This document shows, piece by piece, positions 18,542-27,609 of a stretch of DNA of 64,000 nucleotides. The DNA comes from a virus, in IMG/VR virus record IMGVR_UViG_3300029121_000001; one strand, written 5' to 3'. Each line of letters starts with the position of its first letter. The stretch's first letter is position 1. The translations under genes and the position numbers were made by a program. The notes beneath the pieces were generated by a model. The model did not search any database. It was not told where the DNA came from and saw only the letters and a list, made by a program, of their open reading frames with translations.

Positions 18542-19045
18542 ATGAATTTTAATATGAAACAACTTCATACTATCTATGAATGTGATACCAATGATCAGAC
18601 TGGAGCAAATCTAGATAATACTCTTTCTTCTAATAATCTTCTAGATATCTTTGATAATATTTGTCCTATTACTGGTGATATCTATAAGACCATGAAGAAT
18701 GCTGCTGCAGATCCTAAGAATCTAAAGGTTACTGCTGCTAAGTCTGGAGATGGAGAGAAAGCAAGTCTTTTCATTGAAGCTGTAGAGTTTATGACTTATG
18801 TAGAAGCTTCTGGTAAGACTATTGGTGAAGCAGCAGAAGATATTGTAGATACTTATCAATCTGATATCCCTGGTATGGCAAGTGATGATATCCATGTTGT
18901 ATTTCCCAGTGATGCTCTTAATAAAAATAATCTCGGCAGTCAGAATTATGGCAGAGATGTTAAGAACGATTGGGCAATGCAACTTATGACTGGAATTCGT
19001 AGATATGGCCTAAAGGCAAATATTGGAGTTGACGAAAGTAAATAA
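18542..19045 (+). CDS. hypothetical protein
   Basis: 167-aa ORF, AAGGAG RBS. Confidence 0.8.
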   Translation: MNFNMKQLHTIYECDTNDQTGANLDNTLSSNNLLDIFDNICPITGDIYKTMKNAAADPKNLKVTAAKSGDGEKASLFIEAVEFMTYVEASGKTIGEAAEDIVDTYQSDIPGMASDDIHVVFPSDALNKNNLGSQNYGRDVKNDWAMQLMTGIRRYGLKANIGVDESK

Positions 19046-19100
19046 GTATTTATAAATTCTCAATATAGTATATAGTAAAACATATTCGAATTAAAATAAT

Positions 19101-19124
19101 CCACTAGAGATTCTTCTCTAGTGG
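19101..19124. terminator. bidirectional terminator
   Basis: ccactagaga/tctctagtgg hairpin flanked by an A-run and a T-run, between convergent units. Confidence 0.65.
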
Positions 19125-19131
19125 ATTTTAT

Positions 19132-19371
19132 TTATATATAATAAATTATTGCTGTACCTGATACACAGTTATCAACATCATGTGAATTATATCCAGTATT
19201 TGCACATATATAATATAAATTTTCAGTATAATATTTATTATTCATTGTTATACTACACACAGGATAATTAGTACCATTATATATTAATACAGCAGATATT
19301 GGCGTTCCTGGTACAGAAAAATAACTTGACACTTTTACTGTTATATTTTTAATCTTAGTAGAAGCGTCAGA
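19132..19371 (-). CDS. startless cassette e (79 aa)
   Basis: TGA TAA TCT GAC GCT TCT. SDASTKIKNITVKVSSYFSVPGTPISAVLIYNG...GTAIIYYI. The track GTG start at 19332 has no RBS and lies inside the conserved region. Confidence 0.6.
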   Translation of the reverse strand, partial: SDASTKIKNITVKVSSYFSVPGTPISAVLIYNGTNYPVCSITMNNKYYTENLYYICANTGYNSHDVDNCVSGTAIIYYI

Positions 19372-19390
19372 TTATCAAAAAAAAAAATAA

Positions 19391-19416
19391 ACCAGTAGAG
19401 ATTTCTCTCTACTGGT
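19391..19416 (-). terminator. intrinsic terminator after 19425..20084, abutting the cassette motif
   Basis: accagtagag/ctctactggt hairpin followed by a 13-nt T-rich run on the minus strand. Confidence 0.75.
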
Positions 19417-19424
19417 TCTTTATA

Positions 19425-20084
19425 TTATGAATTTTCTCTTAAGAATCTTTGCTCATCTTCATATTCTTTTCTAATTCTAAATATCATTACATTAGGATCA
19501 TTTGCGTATTTCTTATATATTGGACTTACAAAAGATACTGTTTGATTATCTATATTCCCTTCATAGAATTCATCATCGTAATTATATTGTTTTATATATC
19601 CTTTACTTATAGGAATGCTTCTTACATGAGCATCTCCTAATTGTACTAAACATCTTCCTTTTCCTGAATATTGTTGAATAGTATTTATCATTATAGTTTC
19701 TCTTGTTTTAAACTCTTCTTCTCTAGACTTAAATTTCTTAGTATCTCCTCTATCTATTCCAATTAAAGGAATATTATATTTATATGCTAATTCATATAGC
19801 CAATAATTATATTGATAATCACATGGACCCCTCCCGCCATTAGTAGCATGGTCCATCTTATATTTGATATCTTCTCTTGTAAGAGCTTTATCAGCATAAG
19901 CAAATTCAGCTAAAAGATAATCATATTTACTTTGAGATAAAAGTTTATCATAAATACCAATCATTGAATTATTATGATATTCACCTACAATAACCATTTT
20001 ATATTTATCTAGTTTAGCAGATTTAATATCTTGATGCTTTGAATATGGAGTAACTTTTTCATTTATAATATTAAATACTTTCAT
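19425..20084 (-). CDS. hypothetical protein (weak ChaN/Tiki-like resemblance)
   Basis: 219-aa ORF. VIVGEYHNN resembles the LGExH motif; low confidence. Confidence 0.7.
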   Translation of the reverse strand: MKVFNIINEKVTPYSKHQDIKSAKLDKYKMVIVGEYHNNSMIGIYDKLLSQSKYDYLLAEFAYADKALTREDIKYKMDHATNGGRGPCDYQYNYWLYELAYKYNIPLIGIDRGDTKKFKSREEEFKTRETIMINTIQQYSGKGRCLVQLGDAHVRSIPISKGYIKQYNYDDEFYEGNIDNQTVSFVSPIYKKYANDPNVMIFRIRKEYEDEQRFLRENS

Positions 20085-20124
20085 AATATTATCTTCTTTC
20101 TTTTTATTATTACTAATTTGTATT

Positions 20125-20140
20125 CAATATTATAATATCT
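20125..20140 (-). promoter_or_regulatory. promoter-like motif AGATATTATAATATTG
   Basis: 41 nt upstream of the 20084 start. Confidence 0.45.
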
Positions 20141-20158
20141 TTTTATAAATTAATTGGT

Positions 20159-20287
20159 ATGGCTAGTGTTGTAACTGGTAATATTCCATCATTAAATATT
20201 GGAAATAAATATTATGACATAAAAGTTATATTAGATTATACATACAGTAAAGATTTATCTGTGATCGTATCGGTTATATATTATTAA
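20159..20287 (+). pseudogene. possible remnant of a cassette-family C-terminus on the plus strand
   Basis: 42-aa ORF ending ...SVIVSVIYY-stop, like the YYI-stop family end. No 5' motif, no RBS. Confidence 0.25.
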
Positions 20288-20293
20288 AATAAA

Positions 20294-20321
20294 ACCCAGA
20301 GGGTCTTAAGACCCTCTGGGT
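20294..20321. terminator. hairpin terminator
   Basis: acccagagggtc/gaccctctgggt. Confidence 0.6.
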
Positions 20322-20346
20322 AATTTTATATAGTAATTATTATAAA

Positions 20347-21405
20347 TTAATAGACGGGGAAGAAGCGATCATCAGAGAAGATAGCAGAATTATGCTGACC
20401 CTGAAGAGGCTTATCGTCATTATGCTTCATAATTTCATCTCTGGTGAATCTGGCGTCTCCATCAGTGAAACGCTGCTTAATATAATCATATGTATACTTA
20501 TCAGTACCCTTAGCCCAAGCATGCATTGCCTTATCAAGATCCTTATCACCATCATATGTATCCTTGGCGATAGACTTATTCTTCAGGGCAAACTTCAGAA
20601 TCTCAACATACTGACCAACATAAGAATGATACCACTTAATAAGTTCAGAAGATGCAAGAGAGATATATCTGCATGTAGCATTAACCGCCTTCAACTTATC
20701 ACTCTTATCCTCATCATTTTCTTCTCTAATATCCTTCTTAGCATCATTAAGAGTCTTTAGTGCTGTAGCTTTAGATTTACGAATTTCATTAAAAATAGTT
20801 CTATCAGTATTAAAAACAATATTCTCTGCGTGTGTTAGAATACCCTTATTAATTTCTACATTCTTCTTGGATGTCACAACTGCTTTTTTGATTTTCATCT
20901 TAACATCAGAAGCTTCAGCATTAGCATTAGAGTTGTTAGCATCAATAGCAAGGAAATTAGCAACGTTTTTGTTAAGATCTTCTTTCTCGACCCAATTAGT
21001 AATTTCCTTATTATACTTTGCAGTGTTACTCCAATTAGCAATGATATTATCAAGCTTCTTCTTGTTAATACCAGCCTTATTGAAGAACTCACGAACATCT
21101 TCAACACGATCCTGAACCCAGGTAATCAGCTTGTCCCACATATCGGAGACAGTCTTGGTAACCTTATCAATAGCACCCTTGATCTTTTCCTTCAGCTGAT
21201 AGTTAGCCTCGTTAACATACTGAATTTCAGTGCCGTTCTCCAGCAGATAAGCATGCTCATTCAGCAGAATGCTCATGTTCATCTCATTCAGTGCATCAGC
21301 AGTATATGCCTGAGCCATGCCACAAGCCTCTGCCAGGCTCATGCCAGGAAACGGATTAGGGTTAGTATAGCCAGAGCTCTGACCACTAATAACATTAACA
21401 ATCAT
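20347..21405 (-). CDS. hypothetical protein (GC-richer codons, possibly a virion or scaffold protein)
   Basis: 352-aa ORF, AAGGAG RBS. Confidence 0.85.
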   Translation of the reverse strand: MIVNVISGQSSGYTNPNPFPGMSLAEACGMAQAYTADALNEMNMSILLNEHAYLLENGTEIQYVNEANYQLKEKIKGAIDKVTKTVSDMWDKLITWVQDRVEDVREFFNKAGINKKKLDNIIANWSNTAKYNKEITNWVEKEDLNKNVANFLAIDANNSNANAEASDVKMKIKKAVVTSKKNVEINKGILTHAENIVFNTDRTIFNEIRKSKATALKTLNDAKKDIREENDEDKSDKLKAVNATCRYISLASSELIKWYHSYVGQYVEILKFALKNKSIAKDTYDGDKDLDKAMHAWAKGTDKYTYDYIKQRFTDGDARFTRDEIMKHNDDKPLQGQHNSAIFSDDRFFPVY

Positions 21406-21447
21406 GATTTAATCTCCTTTGTTTAAAATTACGATCGTAAGGAAAAA

Positions 21448-21996
21448 TTAATATAGATCGTCCCAACCTGTTGTGGACTCGTCAATACTGTCATCCTCAG
21501 CCAATTCAGCAGGGCTTGCTCCATCGACATACGATCCATCATCGAAGCTGGCTTCAAAGTTGTCATCTTCGTTGTTGAATTGAGGAATTGTATTGGGATC
21601 AACAGGGATCTCTTCAGATTCATTCACTAGACTTGCGTCCTTTTCAAATCCAGAGAAATCTTCATGAAAAGAATCATGGAACGATAAATCTACATCAGTG
21701 TCTTTTCCATCACTAGCATCTGCAAACTGATCAGCAGCAGCGATACCAGCGTCAAGACCATACTTAGCAGGGCGACCGAGCTTGTCGACTCCAAAGCCAT
21801 CAAAACCAGAATCTTCAGTGGATTCTTCAAATACATCTGCACTCTCATCTGCAAATGAATTCTGCTTATGCTTAATGTCAGAAGCAGTATCTCCGAATCC
21901 ACTATTATCATCTTGTTCCTGGCTATCATCCCAGGTATTGTGAGGCTCATCTTTATGCCAAGTATCTTCATGAAGAAGACTATTAAAAATACTCAT
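21448..21996 (-). CDS. highly acidic hypothetical protein
   Basis: 182-aa D/E-rich ORF, AAGGAG RBS. Confidence 0.8.
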   Translation of the reverse strand: MSIFNSLLHEDTWHKDEPHNTWDDSQEQDDNSGFGDTASDIKHKQNSFADESADVFEESTEDSGFDGFGVDKLGRPAKYGLDAGIAAADQFADASDGKDTDVDLSFHDSFHEDFSGFEKDASLVNESEEIPVDPNTIPQFNNEDDNFEASFDDGSYVDGASPAELAEDDSIDESTTGWDDLY

Positions 21997-22048
21997 AATA
22001 GTAGTTTCTCCTTTCCTGAGATTTATTATAAAGTTATATATTTAAGAA

Positions 22049-23209
22049 TTAGAATAATCCGCCACCATTATCATCACCATATGTGGTTTGATCATCTTCA
22101 TCGTATCGATGTTTAGATTCTTCTTTTTCATTCTGTTCAGTTTCTCTAGTTGCTTTAGAGTTCTTAAGAGCAATTGCGTTAGCAATCTTTCTAAATCTAT
22201 CAACCCATTTAATTTGACGATCATAAACTTTCTTTTTATGATCATCGCCTTTTTCATCTTCACGATACTTAAGGTTTTCTGCATTGATCTGCAGATAATT
22301 AGCTTGAAGTTCAAACCAATCAGATACATCCATACGAGTCTTAAGAGTAAAGAATGCAACTTTACGAAGAAGCCAAATGAACAGAATAGCGCTCATACCA
22401 GCACCAACTACTGTAGCAATGAATGCTCCAATAGGTCCAGCTGCTGCTAGTGATGTAAGTAGAGGACCAGCACTAGCACCAGTAGCAGCACCTACAATAG
22501 CCTTAGTAAAGTCGGTAAATGTCTTATTACCATTTTCATCATAATCAATGAAAATTCCATCTTCATTGATTCCTGTAGCAGATTCACCAGTACTAGTAAT
22601 ATTACTCTTAATGCATCCATTAATGAGTTTATCAATAGTGCCATTAGCACAGTTACGATTAAATTGATTAATATACTCCAGAGTCAAATTGTCTCTAGAC
22701 TTAATATAACCAGTTTTATCGAGTGCAACACTGAAAGAATCATGGCCATTCTTAATGAATTCTACAGAAGAAGAGATCAAAAGAGAAGTAGATGTGATAA
22801 TAGACATTACTGTCATATTATATAGCATAATAGGAAATTCAATGTTAAGAGTAAATGCCTTGGTAAATAGACGCTCTCTATCATGAATATTACTAATAGC
22901 AGTAGATAGTTCATCTACAGGCTTAGTAGGTTCATTATAGCTCTTAACAAGATCATGAATACTATTAATGCAATCTACAATACTTGCATAATTTTCAACC
23001 TTAGTAATTACTCCCTTAGAACGAGGAATGGTACCAAAGTCAATTCCAGTTACATCATTCTTGATATGGCTATAAAGTCTACCAACAATGTTTTCAATAT
23101 TTGCTTGCCTCTTAGCTTCATTGCAAAAGAGAACATTCTTCTTAGTATAATAATCAGATAGATCATATGCTTCACTTACGAGTTGCATATATTCTGCACC
23201 TGTAATCAT
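22049..23209 (-). CDS. hypothetical membrane-associated protein
   Basis: 386 aa with the hydrophobic stretch GAATGASAGPLLTSLAAAGPIGAFIATVVGAGMSAILFIWLL; AAGGAGG RBS. Confidence 0.85.
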   Translation of the reverse strand: MITGAEYMQLVSEAYDLSDYYTKKNVLFCNEAKRQANIENIVGRLYSHIKNDVTGIDFGTIPRSKGVITKVENYASIVDCINSIHDLVKSYNEPTKPVDELSTAISNIHDRERLFTKAFTLNIEFPIMLYNMTVMSIITSTSLLISSSVEFIKNGHDSFSVALDKTGYIKSRDNLTLEYINQFNRNCANGTIDKLINGCIKSNITSTGESATGINEDGIFIDYDENGNKTFTDFTKAIVGAATGASAGPLLTSLAAAGPIGAFIATVVGAGMSAILFIWLLRKVAFFTLKTRMDVSDWFELQANYLQINAENLKYREDEKGDDHKKKVYDRQIKWVDRFRKIANAIALKNSKATRETEQNEKEESKHRYDEDDQTTYGDDNGGGLF

Positions 23210-23230
23210 TACAAATATCCTCCTTTCAAT

Positions 23231-24931
23231 TTATCTAGAAGAAGCCATTAGATTAATAAGTTTCTTATAAGTACCACCATCTTGAGTTTCTCTCTCAAGC
23301 ATAGTATAAGAGATATCTTCGAAACTCTTACTACCATTATCAAGCAATAGATGCAGAACCTCATTAGAATCATCTACAATAGCGAATCCCATAAGATTAT
23401 AAGAACTCATAAATCTTAGGGCATTCTTAGGATCACTGATATCCAAATTCTCTTCACGATATAGTTCATCTACATCTTCCTGAGAAATCAAAACTGTAGT
23501 GATAGCAGAGAAATCATTATGCTTACCAGACTTAATTTGAGATTTAGCGGCAGCAGCTCTATTCTGAAGCAGTGTCCAAAGGTCTCCACGTGCTCCCTTT
23601 ACCTTATAAGATTTGACATCATCAGTAATACGAGACAATCCAAGAATAACTTCAGATGCTTTAAGCTCACCAGTAATAGTACGCATGAACTTCAAGAATT
23701 TCTGGCCATCCTTATTATCGTTCATAATACGACGAAGAATCTCAGTAGTAGTAATAGGAACAATTTTGGATTTAACACCAATTAGAAATTCAGTAGGAAT
23801 ATCAGAGATACCACCATTATTATCACGCTGATAAAAACGGACAACAAGAATAGAAGGAACGGCGTCATTCATCTTCTTGATATCCTGATCTTTCAGAATC
23901 ATTGCAGAGCCATATCTAAATTGTTGAGCTCTTTGGGTATTATATTGGCTATCAGCACGCTCTTTAGCAGCTTTCTCTTCTTCTGCTTTACGTTTAATAG
24001 ATTCGAGTTCTTTCTGATTCTTAAATTGGTTATTCTGTTCTGCTTCTTTATTATCATGGCGTTGTTTTTCTTCTGCAGTCTGGTTGTTATGGCGTTTCTC
24101 TTCACGTGCGCTAGCTTTCTGATCATCGTAATCAGATGCTTTATTTCTGGCAGCTATATATCCAGAATAATCTTTTTGCTGAGTTTGATTATTATTCTGG
24201 TTACTATTTCCACTATTCTGATTATTACCATTATTATAGTTATTCTTTACTTTGCCTGTATACTTCTTAGCCTCATTGAGATCCATGTATCCCATCGTGA
24301 CCTTATAAGTACCATTAGCAAATTCTCTAACTATATAGTCATTAACAGAAACAGGATTAAGATTAGTATCTAGAACTTCAATATTTGCATTTTCATGCAT
24401 TAGATTTACTAGATCTCTAATATCAGTAGAACTAATCTTAACATTATCAGCTTGGAACATGAAAGGATCAACAGAAGCTTCAGCAAAAGCTTCTGCATTC
24501 ATAGAACCAGCAATTGTAGCATTTTCAAAAGTTCCTCTTTCATAAGCATCTAGCCAAGATTGCATAGTAGCAATAATAGCATTACTATTATCATCACCAA
24601 GATCTAGATTCTGATGGAAATTTCTTAGGTAATCAATACCATTTTTAACATTACTAATATTAGCTTGCTGTAGAGCCAGCATAAAGAACTGACAAGAGAT
24701 CTGCTCAATATACTTAGAAACAGCATGTGCAGAAGACATACTTACAGTACGACTTGTCAAAACAGGAAATACAGCAATAAGCTTAGATGCTGCTCTTGCG
24801 ATAGATGAATAAGAATATGAATTATTACCACTAGTATTCTGATATCGCTGTGTAGCAACATTGCTAAGACCCTTTGCCATGTCAACCATATCATCAAAGC
24901 CATAGCTGTTTGCTTCGCGCAAACTATCCAT
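23231..24931 (-). CDS. hypothetical protein with N/Q-rich and charged coiled-coil-like centre
   Basis: 566-aa ORF, AAGGAGG RBS. Confidence 0.85.
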   Translation of the reverse strand: MDSLREANSYGFDDMVDMAKGLSNVATQRYQNTSGNNSYSYSSIARAASKLIAVFPVLTSRTVSMSSAHAVSKYIEQISCQFFMLALQQANISNVKNGIDYLRNFHQNLDLGDDNSNAIIATMQSWLDAYERGTFENATIAGSMNAEAFAEASVDPFMFQADNVKISSTDIRDLVNLMHENANIEVLDTNLNPVSVNDYIVREFANGTYKVTMGYMDLNEAKKYTGKVKNNYNNGNNQNSGNSNQNNNQTQQKDYSGYIAARNKASDYDDQKASAREEKRHNNQTAEEKQRHDNKEAEQNNQFKNQKELESIKRKAEEEKAAKERADSQYNTQRAQQFRYGSAMILKDQDIKKMNDAVPSILVVRFYQRDNNGGISDIPTEFLIGVKSKIVPITTTEILRRIMNDNKDGQKFLKFMRTITGELKASEVILGLSRITDDVKSYKVKGARGDLWTLLQNRAAAAKSQIKSGKHNDFSAITTVLISQEDVDELYREENLDISDPKNALRFMSSYNLMGFAIVDDSNEVLHLLLDNGSKSFEDISYTMLERETQDGGTYKKLINLMASSR

Positions 24932-24993
24932 TTATAATACCTCCTTTTTAGGCCTACTAATATTATACTAATGTTAAAAAATAAAAAATAATG

Positions 24994-25020
24994 CTCTGGA
25001 GCCTATTTTGGGCTCCAGAG
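24994..25020 (-). terminator. intrinsic terminator after 25029..25937
   Basis: ctctggagcc/ggctccagag hairpin followed by a T-rich run on the minus strand. Confidence 0.7.
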
Positions 25021-25028
25021 ACTTTTAT

Positions 25029-25937
25029 TTATTTCTTATGCTGATGCATGGGAATTACACTTATGCCGTCATTGTAGTAGACAACGAGATATTTCTCATT
25101 ATCATCTATATATTCCAGCAAAGAATTCATTCTATTAAAGCTAATAGTTTTAATACCTTGAACCTGATTAAATACTCCATCCATATCAACGAATACAAAG
25201 TATTTGCAATGAGCAAGATATCTTCTAAGAAGTTTACCTTTAATAAATCCCTTCCATCTTCTATCATCTACAACAAATTTATCACGATAATCTTCAGTTG
25301 TAAGATTATCATCAATACTTTTATTTACGTAAACAATAGATTCTTGAATTCTTTTACTAGCCTTTTTATACCGTTTTGTATTAGCTATTTTTAGTGCTCT
25401 ATTTAACATCCTCTCTTCATCAATATCCGATAGCATAAATCCAAATTCAGGATGAAGATATGCACTTGTATTATCATTTATAAACAAATTTCTTAAACGT
25501 GCATTACTTTCAATATTGAGATCAACAGTGCTCATTTTATTTGTATAAATAAAAAGAGCATACTCATGATCATCGATTATATTATTTATCACCCATTCTT
25601 TGTTTACTATAAGAGCAGTACTATTATCCCTTTCTACATTTGTATTATCAAAGATAAGAGACCATCCACATTGTTTGAATAAATACTTTAACCTACTACC
25701 ATTGATCGTATGCTTAAAGTATTCGATTCTAATGTCTGGATCATAGTCTTTATCAGCTGACCAATCCTGAACATATTCAGAATCAACAAAGACCATAGAT
25801 TCACAAAGCTCATTCATAGCTTCATTATATCCATTATCTTCGATCATCAATTTTTCAGAATTACTTAAAGTTCTTTGCATTTCTTCATGTTTAAGAAGAG
25901 CTGCAAATCTAGGATCAAGTATCACTGATTCATTCAT
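25029..25937 (-). CDS. hypothetical protein
   Basis: 302-aa ORF. Confidence 0.85.
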   Translation of the reverse strand: MNESVILDPRFAALLKHEEMQRTLSNSEKLMIEDNGYNEAMNELCESMVFVDSEYVQDWSADKDYDPDIRIEYFKHTINGSRLKYLFKQCGWSLIFDNTNVERDNSTALIVNKEWVINNIIDDHEYALFIYTNKMSTVDLNIESNARLRNLFINDNTSAYLHPEFGFMLSDIDEERMLNRALKIANTKRYKKASKRIQESIVYVNKSIDDNLTTEDYRDKFVVDDRRWKGFIKGKLLRRYLAHCKYFVFVDMDGVFNQVQGIKTISFNRMNSLLEYIDDNEKYLVVYYNDGISVIPMHQHKK

Positions 25938-25954
25938 TTTTATTCCTTTCTTCT

Positions 25955-26224
25955 TTAAAATTTTCTTCTCTTGTGATTCATGAAATACACTGCCTGTTTA
26001 TCTTCTACAGGAGTTCTTCCCATGATAGTATCACAATAGTAGTTTTTTGTTTCTACAAAAGAACCTTTAATAGACTGAGTAGGAGTGAAATCCACATCTC
26101 TTCTCTTATCATAATTATTGACAAACCTCTTGCCTACATCACATACACCATATACTACAGTGTCGATGATTACAGGCATTGCATCCTTTAAAACCTCACC
26201 AATACTAAATCCATTTGCTACCAT
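25955..26224 (-). CDS. hypothetical protein
   Basis: 89-aa ORF. Confidence 0.7.
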   Translation of the reverse strand: MVANGFSIGEVLKDAMPVIIDTVVYGVCDVGKRFVNNYDKRRDVDFTPTQSIKGSFVETKNYYCDTIMGRTPVEDKQAVYFMNHKRRKF

Positions 26225-26275
26225 TTTTAATCAAACCTTTCGTTTAAAATTTATGAGAAATATTCTCATATCTCT

Positions 26276-26291
26276 CATAATTATAATATCT
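26276..26291 (-). promoter_or_regulatory. promoter-like motif AGATATTATAATTATG
   Basis: 52 nt upstream of the 26224 start. Confidence 0.45.
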
Positions 26292-26377
26292 TTTTATAGG
26301 GTACTTTAAAGGCTCTAATATGTTAGCTCTGGAACATCCGTATAATATTTATTATATAAGAAAAGGAGGAAAAGGTA

Positions 26378-27589
26378 TTGGCTAATAATAGCAAATATAG
26401 TTATACTAGTGAGACAATACGTCAAGGTGAAAGTAATACTGATGTATTAGCTCAGGACTACGTAACTGATGAGCTTATGCACTCTCGTGGAATTTATTCC
26501 AAGAGTGATATTAAAGATGCTAAATTTAATAAATACTCTCGTTTTGGCCGGATACTTGATCCATATGGAAGAGTAAATGGAGGAAGAGAATATCTATTCT
26601 TTGTCAAACCTGATCTTCATATAGTAGTGCCTTATGGAAAATCTACATCAGATACTTTGTATACTATGGGTGGATTTCAAAAGACTAATACTATTGCTGG
26701 TAATGGTTATAGGCTTAATCCACAACTAGCGAATAATTCTTATTTCGTTGGATTGCTTAATACAAATCCTGATATAATTCCAGAAATTCAAAAGAGTGCT
26801 ACTGCCAGTGTAGATCCATTTAGTCATCTTTTAAGTTTTTCTGTAAATAGTGCTTTGCCTTTGGATTCTTCTAATTCGCAAACTATGGACAATCCTGCTA
26901 CTATATATGGAACAGCTTATAAGTATCTTCAAGATTCTGAACCCTCTGATGAAAACTACAGTTTCTCACTAGAATTTGTCGATGATAAAAGCCTGAGTAC
27001 TTACCAATTTTTCAAAGCATATTCTGAATATCATATTGCTAGAAAATCTGGTCTAGTAACTCCTCCTAGTTTAGATTATTATAAATATAAACGTCTTCAT
27101 AATACAATGGGTATATATAAATTCATTGTAGATGAAGATATGGAAACTCTAATTTATTGGGCTTACTTATGGGGTGTATATCCAACATCATGTCCTAGAG
27201 ATGCATTTCAGGATGCATCTTTTAGTGACGGCTTAACTTTTTCTGTTAGTTTTGATGCAGCGTTTATTGAAGATATGACTCCTGCTATACTAAGTCAATT
27301 TAATTATCTTATGATGAAAGTTTTGAACAAAAACGGAATCAATAAGAACGATTGGCTTCCTGTAGTTAAACATAATAGAAAATCTGATATGCTTTATGGT
27401 AGAAATCATGGTTATGATTCTTCTTTGAGCTTAGGAGCATCAGAACAATCTTTTAGTGGCATGAAATATAATGTCGGTGTTACTGAATGGATAGATGGTA
27501 CTCTTCCTTGTGCTGCTCTAGTCGATGGAAGAGTTCTTGAAACTGATTCAAGAAGCAAATATCGTCTCAGATGGTATGCTAAAAAATAA
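26378..27589 (+). CDS. hypothetical protein, probably virion structural
   Basis: 403-aa ORF. TTG start 8 nt after AAGGAGG; heads a plus-strand block with the 1507-aa protein. Confidence 0.8.
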   Translation: MANNSKYSYTSETIRQGESNTDVLAQDYVTDELMHSRGIYSKSDIKDAKFNKYSRFGRILDPYGRVNGGREYLFFVKPDLHIVVPYGKSTSDTLYTMGGFQKTNTIAGNGYRLNPQLANNSYFVGLLNTNPDIIPEIQKSATASVDPFSHLLSFSVNSALPLDSSNSQTMDNPATIYGTAYKYLQDSEPSDENYSFSLEFVDDKSLSTYQFFKAYSEYHIARKSGLVTPPSLDYYKYKRLHNTMGIYKFIVDEDMETLIYWAYLWGVYPTSCPRDAFQDASFSDGLTFSVSFDAAFIEDMTPAILSQFNYLMMKVLNKNGINKNDWLPVVKHNRKSDMLYGRNHGYDSSLSLGASEQSFSGMKYNVGVTEWIDGTLPCAALVDGRVLETDSRSKYRLRWYAKK

Positions 27590-27609
27590 ATTGATAAGGA
27601 GAATTTCAG

